A stretch of 60,582 nt of DNA, taken from positions 1 to 60,582 of IMG/VR virus record IMGVR_UViG_3300047094_000624; one strand, given 5' to 3'. Of this stretch, positions 46,596 to 54,654 are shown in pieces. The DNA comes from a virus. Taxonomy: Duplodnaviria > Caudoviricetes. Each line of letters begins with the position of its first letter. Positions within the stretch are counted from its first letter, which is position 1. The notes under the pieces are model-generated. The model had not been told where the DNA came from, searched no databases, and saw nothing but the letters and a program-made list of their open reading frames with translations. Both the position numbers and the translations under genes were made by a program.

Positions 46596-46808
46596 TTACT
46601 TAGCACCCTTACCGAATGCTTTATCATTTGGATTCAAAGCACGCATTGCTACTGGAAGTACTGCTGCTACACCAGCACTTAAAATCATTTTAAGTGAATC
46701 GGCGTTTAGAGATGCAATATCTCCACCAGTTGCTAAAAATGCAGCAAGAGCTGCGGCTGCAAAAGAACGTGCGTATGAGGATGCTGCTGCTTTCATAGAT
46801 TTTGACAT
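46596..46808 (-). CDS. holin
   Basis: Two TM segments, SYARSF, RALNP.D.AFG, basic tail; upstream of the lysin. Confidence 0.75.
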   Translation of the reverse strand: MSKSMKAAASSYARSFAAAALAAFLATGGDIASLNADSLKMILSAGVAAVLPVAMRALNPNDKAFGKGAK

Positions 46809-46852
46809 ATTTCTTCCTTCTAGAGGTTGTGCCGTTTTTACCGGCTCTATAA

Positions 46853-46888
46853 AGTCTGCCCCAAAGAAGTTGGGAGCGTCAGCCTAAA
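46853..46888 (-). promoter_or_regulatory. putative late promoter (TTTAGG-CTGACG-18-CAGACT)
   Basis: Shared motif. Confidence 0.5.
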
Positions 46889-47122
46889 TTAGTCTTTTGT
46901 TTCCTCAACATGCTGATGAAACTTGCCCTCTAAGCGGGCTAGTGATACGCGGACTTCTACCATTTCGCGCTTAATATCATTGACGACATCTTTTATTGAA
47001 CCCCCGCCATTGGGTTTTAATTCTATTAAGTATGATTTAACAATCCATCGTACTGATAAAACGACGGTTCCTAAAAAGGCTGCAAAGCCGGATAAGGTAG
47101 CTGCCCAATCCATGAGAGTCAT
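46889..47122 (-). CDS. membrane protein with coiled coil (lysis-cassette type)
   Basis: One TM segment, ELKPNGGGSIKD motif typical of actinophage lysis-region genes. Confidence 0.7.
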   Translation of the reverse strand: MTLMDWAATLSGFAAFLGTVVLSVRWIVKSYLIELKPNGGGSIKDVVNDIKREMVEVRVSLARLEGKFHQHVEETKD

Positions 47123-47305
47123 TAATAGTTCATTTCTGTTTGTAGTTTTAACTAAACAGTTTGTTGTCCGTGTAATGCCACGTGTACTTACTTATTTATA
47201 CATTACTTTAGTAACACCTGTCACTCTAAAAACAATACTTTTAGTTCGCCTTGACTTGAGTACGAAAGTTTGATTGGCTAGATATACCTGAGAGGAGCAA
47301 GAATA

Positions 47306-47821
47306 TTGCTTAATATCAGAAAGATAACACACTCATGTGTGTCATTGTTGGTAGTAGCTGCATTTATAGTTACACCGGCAATAGCATCTCCGCCAACAGA
47401 ACCTAAATCTGTAACTATGGCGGCTACAACAGAACCTAAAACAACAGTTAAATTAACTCGTGTTACAGTTTCTGTAAGTAGAACAGATGCAAGAGAAGCA
47501 ATCATTAGCCCATATGCAAAATTCTTTGATGCAGAAGCCTTAGCGTTTTTAATGGTTCATGCAGAAGGTTGGGACTTGCAAGAATGGAAATGTTTGCGTA
47601 ATGTATGGAACAAAGAAAGTCGTTTTAATCCTAAAGCTCAGAATAAAAATTCAACAGCTTATGGTATCCCACAGTTTTTAGATTCAACTTGGGAAGCTTA
47701 CGGATTTAAAAAGACTTCTGATGCCAAAGAACAAATAATAGCCGGACTAGCTTATATCGATAAAAGATACGGGAGCGCATGTAATGCATGGAGTCACTGG
47801 GAGCGAAAACGCTGGTATTGA
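47306..47821 (+). CDS. secreted lytic transglycosylase (SLT / Rpf-like)
   Basis: Signal peptide; CL..W.KES.FNP.A.N..STAYGIPQ; YI..RYGS.C.AW..W....WY. Confidence 0.9.
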   Translation: MLNIRKITHSCVSLLVVAAFIVTPAIASPPTEPKSVTMAATTEPKTTVKLTRVTVSVSRTDAREAIISPYAKFFDAEALAFLMVHAEGWDLQEWKCLRNVWNKESRFNPKAQNKNSTAYGIPQFLDSTWEAYGFKKTSDAKEQIIAGLAYIDKRYGSACNAWSHWERKRWY

Positions 47822-48074
47822 TAAATTTAAAGCACCTTTTTTTGATGGGTCACAACCATGTGCCCAAACAGACCCTGATTTGTTTTTTCCAAACAATGCA
47901 GCGGAAGGCGCAATAAATATTAAATATACTAGAAAAATTTGTAAATCCTGTGAATTCAAATCTCACTGTCTTGAATACGCACTAACAACTCCATTAATAA
48001 TGGGAGTATGGGCTGGTACCACAGAACACGACCGAGTAGTTATACGAAGACAAAGACGAACTTCTAAACGTTAA
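47784..48074 (+). CDS. whiB: WhiB-family Fe-S transcription factor
   Basis: C...DPDLFFP...C..C.....CLEYAL...GVWAGTTE..R; start uncertain. Confidence 0.93.
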   Translation: MHGVTGSENAGIDKFKAPFFDGSQPCAQTDPDLFFPNNAAEGAINIKYTRKICKSCEFKSHCLEYALTTPLIMGVWAGTTEHDRVVIRRQRRTSKR

Positions 48075-48109
48075 AAAAAGAAAGCCCCTGGATAACCAGG
48101 GGCTTTTTT
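48074..48109. terminator. bidirectional terminator
   Basis: AAAGCCCCTGG-ATAA-CCAGGGGCTTT flanked by A and T runs, between convergent genes. Confidence 0.88.
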
Positions 48110-48119
48110 ATTTGGGTTA

Positions 48120-49370
48120 TTAGGCCCAAGAGGTGATTGTAATCGTGGCAGTTGTAGCAATGCTTGCTGCGTTTGCTGCTGTGCTTTGGGTTTTGACTGT
48201 TCCAGATGCACCAGTTAAACAAGTTCCAGGTGTGATAGCGCCTGTGTCGGCAACTGTCCATCCTGTACCTGCGATAACAAGTGTGCTTCCTGAACCACCA
48301 GTTACAGACCAAGTACCAACAAGTGCTGCTGGGATACCTGTACCAGCTGCAATAGTAACCTTTGTACCTACTGGCCATGTGCTTGTTCCGCCAGAGACGG
48401 TTACAGTTGCGGCAGTAGTTGTTGTAACGTTAATCTGAGTTGGCTGTGTAGCTGTATTTGTAACTCCGGTGGTATTTGTAATGTTAGCTAATTCGTAACC
48501 AGCATCCAAAAGTTCATCAAGAGCTAATGCTGTTGTATCACCAAGTACGCTAGGTACAACGATGTATGCAGTTCCTGAAACAAATGCTCCATCACCTGAA
48601 GCGGCTGCTGTTGTAGATTCAACTTTGCCGTATTGACCAGTGATTGATACACCACTTCCTACTGCACTTGTAACTGTAAATCTAGTTGCATTTGCAGTTG
48701 CTACTGTTGCTGATGACAAGTTAAATGCAGAAGTTGTAAGACCTGTAATATTTACAGTGTCTCCTGCTGCTAATTTATTTTGTGCGGTGTATGTAACAGT
48801 TGTTCCATTTCCACTTGCAGCTGTAACAATGTAGTTACCGGTTGCTGCTGTAAATGATGGATAACTTGCCCATTCACCTTCTGCAATGTTGTGGTTGTTA
48901 AATGCAGGGGTTACTACGTTTAGGCGTCCACTTGCAACTTGTGTAGTTGCTGCCCATGCATAATCTGCACCAACACCAGGAAGTGAGCTAATAACTACTT
49001 TTGCTTGTGCTGTTGCACCAGTTACTGCTGAGCCTGTGGCTGCGTTTGTAACAGTGAATTGGCTTGAAGAAGCTGTTGCAATTAAAACGTTTGTTAAGTT
49101 AAATGCAGCTGTTGATAAACCTGTAATTGTTACAGTCTGTCCAGCAATGAATGTATTTGTTGCAGTATAAGTTACGGTTCCAGCAGTTGCTGAAGCTGCA
49201 GTTACTACTGCTGTTTGATATTGAATTTCGTCAGAACCAGTAGTTCCACCGAAATTGCTAATTGAAGCAGCACGGTCATCGTTTGGTTGCATAGGAACGT
49301 TACCCCATACAAAATCAACGGCAACATTGCTTGAGGAATCTAATAAATTCCCGTTGTTATTTACTGCCAT
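48120..49370 (-). CDS. virion surface protein with FCCH-like repeats and a PASTA-like segment
   Basis: Ala/Thr-rich repeats; VVPSVLG.T...A...L..AG ... GTVKTQS. Confidence 0.65.
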   Translation of the reverse strand: MAVNNNGNLLDSSSNVAVDFVWGNVPMQPNDDRAASISNFGGTTGSDEIQYQTAVVTAASATAGTVTYTATNTFIAGQTVTITGLSTAAFNLTNVLIATASSSQFTVTNAATGSAVTGATAQAKVVISSLPGVGADYAWAATTQVASGRLNVVTPAFNNHNIAEGEWASYPSFTAATGNYIVTAASGNGTTVTYTAQNKLAAGDTVNITGLTTSAFNLSSATVATANATRFTVTSAVGSGVSITGQYGKVESTTAAASGDGAFVSGTAYIVVPSVLGDTTALALDELLDAGYELANITNTTGVTNTATQPTQINVTTTTAATVTVSGGTSTWPVGTKVTIAAGTGIPAALVGTWSVTGGSGSTLVIAGTGWTVADTGAITPGTCLTGASGTVKTQSTAANAASIATTATITITSWA

Positions 49371-49395
49371 GTTTTACCTATTCTCTAGAGTTTGG

Positions 49396-49671
49396 TTAAC
49401 AGTCCCATGCGCGTAGGGACTTGTTTATTCGGCTATTCGGATTGTTAGCGGTTTTAGAAGACGTATTTTTCTTTTTCATACCTTCCATGCGAGCACAGAA
49501 AGACTTTCTCCGGGCGGCGGACTTAGGCGATTTTTTCGCCTGCTCACGCTTTACCGGTGGTTTAAGGTTACTACCTGGATTAGCTTTTTCGTAGGACTTA
49601 CGTCCCTTTTCATTAAGGCCGCCTTTGGGGTTTTTACCCGCCTTGCGTTGCCACGCTTCAGATTTCGCCAT
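49396..49671 (-). CDS. basic phage protein (DUF6321-like)
   Basis: AWQRK.GKNPKGGLN.KGR ... RRKSFCARM ... SLRAWDC. Confidence 0.75.
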   Translation of the reverse strand: MAKSEAWQRKAGKNPKGGLNEKGRKSYEKANPGSNLKPPVKREQAKKSPKSAARRKSFCARMEGMKKKNTSSKTANNPNSRINKSLRAWDC

Positions 49672-49738
49672 AGGTCAATTCTAATTAGATTACCAGCCGT
49701 TTTCACGCCCAACACAAACTTACTGCTACGATTAAGGT

Positions 49739-50410
49739 ATGAAAAAAATAATGCACTTTTTTCACTATCCAGAAGTAGGGACTGTGCTATCTCCGCTTCC
49801 AGCCCATAGATTTATCCCAGAATGGTATAAGAAATCTGAATTAACTCTTTCAGATGGAGAGACTCCAGGGCTAAGGTCTTGCATGCCTTACTTTGATGCA
49901 ATGGCAAGCGGTTGGATTATTAGGTTAGACCAAGACCTACATATATCGGTAGATGAAAACGGTGTAAAACATTTTAAATGGGATGAAGATAGCCAAGTAC
50001 TACATGCTAGACCTTTAGAACTTGGAAAATACATGGTTCCTCCTGCTGGGTATTCTCATGAGGGAATTGCTATTTATCTTAAAGTTGGTTATAAAACACC
50101 TAGAGGGTGGAGCTTATTAGTGACCCATCCGTTTAATAGATTTGATTTACCATTCATGGCAGTATCTGGAATTATGGATGCAGATAAATGGAATACTCCA
50201 GGAAATATACCAGTATTTTTTAAAAGTGATTTTATTGGAACTATTCCTAAAGGCACTCCGATAGCACAAGTGCTGCCTATTAAAAGAGCAGAATGGACTA
50301 GTACTTGGCACTTAAATATTAGAAGAATAGCAAAAGCATTAAAACAATCTAGAGATAACCATAAAGGTAATTACAGAAAAAACTTTTGGGTTAAAAAAAG
50401 TTATAAGTAA
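49739..50410 (+). CDS. dUTPase-like-fold hypothetical protein (DUF6065-like)
   Basis: PEWYK, CMPYFDAM.SG, TP.GWS.L..HP.NR, GI.D.D, IPKGTPIAQ..P.KR. Confidence 0.6.
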   Translation: MKKIMHFFHYPEVGTVLSPLPAHRFIPEWYKKSELTLSDGETPGLRSCMPYFDAMASGWIIRLDQDLHISVDENGVKHFKWDEDSQVLHARPLELGKYMVPPAGYSHEGIAIYLKVGYKTPRGWSLLVTHPFNRFDLPFMAVSGIMDADKWNTPGNIPVFFKSDFIGTIPKGTPIAQVLPIKRAEWTSTWHLNIRRIAKALKQSRDNHKGNYRKNFWVKKSYK

Positions 50411-50704
50411 TTAAGCTGGGTCTGATTCGCGAGGGAAGTTAGGGTCTCTCATAACGGCATCTTCGTTTCTTAATTGCCACTCTTTATCGTCAATAAACCC
50501 ATCTTCGTCATTAAACTTCCAACCTGGAATTACTGCAGGTTCTAATTCATCTGGAATACGAACAATTCTAGGTTCGCTTAATAAAACTGCTGCTAGTCTA
50601 TCTGGAACGTGAATAGTATCAGCCACTACACCATCAATGATAAAAGCAATTTTATGAGGTGGTTTTGGGTTTGCACCTTGTGGTGTTGGGTTTGCAAATG
50701 CCAT
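50411..50704 (-). CDS. fibre-chaperone-like protein
   Basis: IAFIIDG.V....RLAA.LLSEP.IV ... PGW.F. Confidence 0.6.
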   Translation of the reverse strand: MAFANPTPQGANPKPPHKIAFIIDGVVADTIHVPDRLAAVLLSEPRIVRIPDELEPAVIPGWKFNDEDGFIDDKEWQLRNEDAVMRDPNFPRESDPA

Positions 50705-50714
50705 TTTGTTCTCC

Positions 50715-50936
50715 TTAGTCTGGTATGTAGTCGTATCCTACTTCAACAGAGTACGGGTCATCTACTGCAATGACCAACGCTTCTCCATCTTGTAGTTTTT
50801 TCATATTTGCATAAAAATCTGGATGAGCACTAATTTTTTGAATAACTTTATTAGCTGCCTTATCAACAATCACAACAACTATGTTTTCCGATGAAGGCAT
50901 TTTTTGACTAAAAAGATTATCTAAAGATTCTGCCAT
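50715..50936 (-). CDS. small hypothetical protein
   Basis: Start moved to MAESLDN (TAATG coupling). Confidence 0.55.
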   Translation of the reverse strand: MAESLDNLFSQKMPSSENIVVVIVDKAANKVIQKISAHPDFYANMKKLQDGEALVIAVDDPYSVEVGYDYIPD

Positions 50937-51181
50937 TATTGCTCCTCTGTCATAGAAACGGATACTTGACCCCATTTTCCAACAGGGCATTCAGCGTTTA
51001 ACAGCTTAGTTTTCATATCCATAAAGCAACCACATTTTTTACATTGACGTGTTGCTTTAACAAAAAACTCACAGGACTGGCATATATTAATTCTCTCTTC
51101 TGCAACAGCCGGAGCTATGTTATTAAGGTTTTTATTAAATATATCCCAAGGTCTAGCTGGTCTATTAGGCATTTCAGTCAT
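50936..51181 (-). CDS. Cys-rich metal-binding protein (DUF6171-like)
   Basis: R..IC..C...QC..CGCFM..KT.L..A.CP.GKW. Confidence 0.75.
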   Translation of the reverse strand: MTEMPNRPARPWDIFNKNLNNIAPAVAEERINICQSCEFFVKATRQCKKCGCFMDMKTKLLNAECPVGKWGQVSVSMTEEQ

Positions 51182-51190
51182 ATATCTATA

Positions 51191-52078
51191 CTACGCTATC
51201 TCTACGTTAATGTCATCTACGGAGTCAGATGCGTTTTGAGTAGCAGGAGCTAAAGCAACGCCATATCTACTTTGAGCCGCGCCAGAAACTACAAAGGTAG
51301 TTCCTGAACCAATTTGGGTATCAGAGGTATTGTATCCACGCAATGTAATAAGGGTGCTAGTTAAAAATAATCTAATTTTAGCTATTAGCGTGTATGACCC
51401 CGAGTTGTGTCCATCAAAAGTTGTAGTCAATAAATTAGTAGTAACAGGATTAGTAATAGAACCAGCTACAGACCTAAATATCTTTAAAAAGTGAAATCTA
51501 TCAGTTTTATTAGCAAAAGAACAACAAGAAGAACAGTTACAGTTCCAACTTGAACATCTACCTGAAGGAACGCAATAAGTAATAATAGGGCAGCAGTCGT
51601 TAAAGCAATCATAAATCATGCAACAAGCACAACAAGTAGAACATCCAGTATTTACTGCATAATTGCTTAGATTGTAATCTGTTGCTGCAACCCACCAAGA
51701 ATTAGTATCCGTTACCCAAAAAGCAATTCCTGCTCCACCTCCAGATATAGAAGCAGTAGAAGTTGTATTTTGAGTAGTTCCAAGGTCAATAGTTGCCATT
51801 GGATAGTTTGAACCACCAGAAGAACTTTGAGCACGGTTTGAAACAATATTCCAAACACCGCGAAGATTAGTCCATGCTTGTCCAGAAAGAGCTGTACCTA
51901 GGCTTCCAGCAGAGTTTACCCTATTAAATAAATCTGAAATACCAGATGAAAACCATTGTTTCCAAGAACCACCAACTTTTACCCAAGCTTGTTGTCCTTG
52001 TTTCCAAGAACCGCCAACTTTTGCATAAGTATTAGTTAGTTGTTTCCAAGAGTTACTGTCTTTTAAATAGCCCGGCAT
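51191..52078 (-). CDS. virion tip protein with a Cys-rich insertion
   Basis: N-terminal KVGGSWKQ repeats, D.FNR lectin-like core, 14 Cys in 41 aa. Confidence 0.7.
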   Translation of the reverse strand: MPGYLKDSNSWKQLTNTYAKVGGSWKQGQQAWVKVGGSWKQWFSSGISDLFNRVNSAGSLGTALSGQAWTNLRGVWNIVSNRAQSSSGGSNYPMATIDLGTTQNTTSTASISGGGAGIAFWVTDTNSWWVAATDYNLSNYAVNTGCSTCCACCMIYDCFNDCCPIITYCVPSGRCSSWNCNCSSCCSFANKTDRFHFLKIFRSVAGSITNPVTTNLLTTTFDGHNSGSYTLIAKIRLFLTSTLITLRGYNTSDTQIGSGTTFVVSGAAQSRYGVALAPATQNASDSVDDINVEIA

Positions 52079-52092
52079 TGTTCTCCTAATTA

Positions 52093-52227
52093 TTAAGGCG
52101 TGTATTTAATCCAGATGTCGCCGTTTTTTCCGTTTGCTGATATAGGGTCAACTGTTGAAACTAAAATTTCTTGATGACCTTCGTTATTAACAGCGTTAAC
52201 AACAGGCCCATAAACTACAACTGCCAT
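52093..52227 (-). CDS. 44-aa fibre joint peptide
   Basis: Read by hand; ends VST.DP...GKNGDIWIKYTP; TAATG coupled. Confidence 0.6.
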   Translation of the reverse strand: MAVVVYGPVVNAVNNEGHQEILVSTVDPISANGKNGDIWIKYTP

Positions 52228-52562
52228 TAGGAAATTTCAACTCCTGAAACTGTAAGAGTTATAGAAGTTCCAGCACTAGCTGATGCAAAAAATGATTCCC
52301 CAGCTTGTAAAACAACGGATAGATTATCCATTGTTAAAACTGAGTTAGCAGCGATAGTTACTCCTGAAACTAAAGCGGAAGAAGCTGCTACTGCGCTTAC
52401 TATTGAAAAGTTAAAAGTAACTGCTGAAGCAGATGTGTTAGCAGCAATAATGCTTTTAATAATCGCTGAAGTGGATGCTGGGCATGTATAAAGCGCTGAG
52501 CTGCCACTAGTTGATAGTTGGACTGGCATTGTGCCAAGTCGTTTCGGTGTATATGTTGCCAC
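52227..52562 (-). CDS. small beta-sandwich fibre adaptor (paralog of 33585..33920)
   Basis: LYTCPA.TSAIIKSI..AN ... SGVEIS. Confidence 0.65.
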   Translation of the reverse strand: MATYTPKRLGTMPVQLSTSGSSALYTCPASTSAIIKSIIAANTSASAVTFNFSIVSAVAASSALVSGVTIAANSVLTMDNLSVVLQAGESFFASASAGTSITLTVSGVEIS

Positions 52563-52590
52563 TAAAATCCTTTCAAAAGCTCTATGTATT

Positions 52591-52625
52591 ACAGTACGAT
52601 ACAGGTAATAATTTTACTACCTAAA
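52591..52625 (-). promoter_or_regulatory. putative late promoter (TTTAGG-TAGTAA-17-TACTGT)
   Basis: Shared TTTAGG with the same spacing to a TANNNT. Confidence 0.45.
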
Positions 52626-52787
52626 CTAGTTGGAGCTCTCCCCGTTGGGGCCTCTTCCTGGCTGTGGGTAAGAAAAAAACAAAGGTTCTTCTTTACTTAC
52701 CGGAAGTTTACGAATACCAAATCGTGAGTCTTTTACGGTTTTAGAAACCTCTTTATAGGCTTCAAATGCTTTAGTTAAACGTTCCAT
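52626..52787 (-). CDS. 53-aa hypothetical protein
   Basis: Read by hand: MERLTKAFEAYK...GRGPNGESSN. Confidence 0.55.
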   Translation of the reverse strand: MERLTKAFEAYKEVSKTVKDSRFGIRKLPVSKEEPLFFSYPQPGRGPNGESSN

Positions 52788-52913
52788 CTAATCCACTGCA
52801 TCGCTTCCGTAGGTACCCCATCAATTGCGCCTTTAGCACGAGTTAGGGCGTCTCTAAAATCTCTAGAATTGGCTCGAGAGATGTTTTCTACTCTATCTAC
52901 CTTTAATTCTTGA

Positions 52914-53375
52914 TTACTTAGTTTTTTTGTTATTAGCTTTTTTAACATTTTTTGGTTTTGAGCCAGTTGTAGGAGAAGCAGGTTTTGAAGAACCTCTTTT
53001 ACTAAATTTAACTGAAGTTCCGCCATGTTTAATTTCTGTAGCATGTGGGTATCTTGTAGCAAATTCATGAACTGTGTCAGCTTCAAATCTTTGTTTTTCT
53101 AAAGCTTGATTATGTGATTGTTTTGCTTCTTCAGCTTTATATTGAGAAAATTGTTTGCCTTTTTTAATCTCTCTAGCAGAGTCTCTATTTTTCATTTCGT
53201 CTTCTACATTGGCAGCATGGGCTCTATCTACCATGCGATTAGAAGTTTCAGTTTTACCAAACTTACTTCCGCCACCAAGGGCGCTACCTACTACTAAACC
53301 GAGAACACCTTTAGCTGCTGCACCCATTTTAGGAATAGCTTTTTCCATGTTTTTAAGTTGGTTCATTTCAGACAT
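52914..53375 (-). CDS. hypothetical protein with Gly/Ala hydrophobic segment (internal/ejected protein candidate)
   Basis: 153-aa ORF, basic tail. Confidence 0.6.
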   Translation of the reverse strand: MSEMNQLKNMEKAIPKMGAAAKGVLGLVVGSALGGGSKFGKTETSNRMVDRAHAANVEDEMKNRDSAREIKKGKQFSQYKAEEAKQSHNQALEKQRFEADTVHEFATRYPHATEIKHGGTSVKFSKRGSSKPASPTTGSKPKNVKKANNKKTK

Positions 53376-53383
53376 ACCTTTAA

Positions 53384-53686
53384 TTATTCATCCAAAGGGA
53401 AAACTTCACTTGCTAAACGCTTAATCCTCTCGTTTTTTAATAGGTGAACTGTTTCAAAATACCCAGCCCCATCAACTAGGTTATCTCTTTGGGGTCTATG
53501 AATTTCACGGGATATTTTAAGAGCAACCATACAAAGACCTACTTGTTCTGGGGTTATCTCTTTTTCAAGGATTACAGACCATAATTTAGCAATTCTAGTG
53601 AAGTTATCTAGTGGATGGTCATAATTATCTTGACGAGGGCCACGGACCACGCTATGGGCTTCTAAAAGTATGCTGTCGTCTTCCAT
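53384..53686 (-). CDS. DUF6378-like phage protein
   Basis: IL.EA...V.G.RQ..Y.HP..NF.RIA.LW ... M..LKI.R ... DN.VD.AGY. Confidence 0.8.
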   Translation of the reverse strand: MEDDSILLEAHSVVRGPRQDNYDHPLDNFTRIAKLWSVILEKEITPEQVGLCMVALKISREIHRPQRDNLVDGAGYFETVHLLKNERIKRLASEVFPLDE

Positions 53687-53728
53687 AATAGAACCCTATC
53701 ACAGAAGACGACGCTACTTGTAAACGAC

Positions 53729-53962
53729 TTACTTAGACTTCTTATCCTTTTTATGTGGATTTTCTTTATGCCACTTTTTTACTTCTTTAACGCCTTGTTT
53801 AACAGATTTGGTATCAGCCATTTTGGTCAAGTTAATCTTGTCCCATTTACCACCTTTTTTCTTAGTGTGGTCAACAATGACTTTGCCATCTTTCTTGTAA
53901 ACTTTGTGAGGCTCACCACCAGCTTTTAAAGTCTTTGATGGTTCCTTTTTGTGTTTAGGCAT
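53729..53962 (-). CDS. Lys-rich small protein
   Basis: 77-aa ORF with SD AGGAG. Confidence 0.65.
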   Translation of the reverse strand: MPKHKKEPSKTLKAGGEPHKVYKKDGKVIVDHTKKKGGKWDKINLTKMADTKSVKQGVKEVKKWHKENPHKKDKKSK

Positions 53963-53968
53963 TTGCTC

Positions 53969-54256
53969 CTACTTTTCAGCCTTTTTATCTACTGAGTTAA
54001 AGGCAGAGTTGATTTCTTCAATGCTTAGTCTACCATCATCTATAAAGCCTCTTGCTAATTTTTCAACTACAGTGGCAACACCTAGAGTTCCTGCAAGGAT
54101 GACTGCACTTAAGGTATCTATACCTACAATTGCACCAGCACCAATAACTCCAAGACCATTAGCTGCAAATACAGCGATTATCCTAAATAGGATGTTCTTA
54201 ATACCGCTAACTGCACCCATTTTCTTTTCGTCGTCTAACTTTACTTCTTTTGCCAT
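53969..54256 (-). CDS. two-TM membrane protein (holin-like)
   Basis: Hydrophobic helices followed by DDGRLS.EEIN.AF. Confidence 0.6.
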   Translation of the reverse strand: MAKEVKLDDEKKMGAVSGIKNILFRIIAVFAANGLGVIGAGAIVGIDTLSAVILAGTLGVATVVEKLARGFIDDGRLSIEEINSAFNSVDKKAEK

Positions 54257-54654
54257 TATTCTTCTTCTTTCCTTATTCGTATAGTTACTAACCAAAGTGC
54301 AAGAACTAAAATAATTGCATATCCAACTATTGTTTTTGCACTACCTTCTAAAACTAACCATGCTGCAAACATACCTAGTAAAGTCCATAATTGATTTAGT
54401 GTTTCAATAAATGCTTCTACTAACCAGGCGTATATAAAAACTACAAGTTTCCATAGTTTTTTTAATACGTAAGCAATTAGGTTATAGATACCTACTGCAA
54501 AACTAGTTACTACTTTAACAACTTCCTGGACAATTGCTTTAACGACTTTTACTACGAACTTAACTATTGCTACAGGAATGTTGACGATGTATTTGACCAG
54601 GGAAATTAGAGCTTTTAAGGCCCATTTAAAAGGCTTTAATAAGGCCTTTATCAC
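54256..54654 (-). CDS. amphipathic membrane protein
   Basis: Long Lys-patterned amphipathic helix; [17 protein letters not shown] plus a TM segment. Confidence 0.65.
   Translation of the reverse strand: MIKALLKPFKWALKALISLVKYIVNIPVAIVKFVVKVVKAIVQEVVKVVTSFAVGIYNLIAYVLKKLWKLVVFIYAWLVEAFIETLNQLWTLLGMFAAWLVLEGSAKTIVGYAIILVLALWLVTIRIRKEEE

Noticed and set aside
47123-47305. c-di-AMP (ydaO) riboswitch upstream of the Rpf-like gene
   Set aside because: No recognisable conserved motifs; only weak pairing.
52775-52948. Possible +1 slippage at an A7 run joining ORF 52914 to the downstream frame
   Set aside because: An in-frame ATG at 52948 can explain the downstream ORF; evidence for recoding is insufficient.
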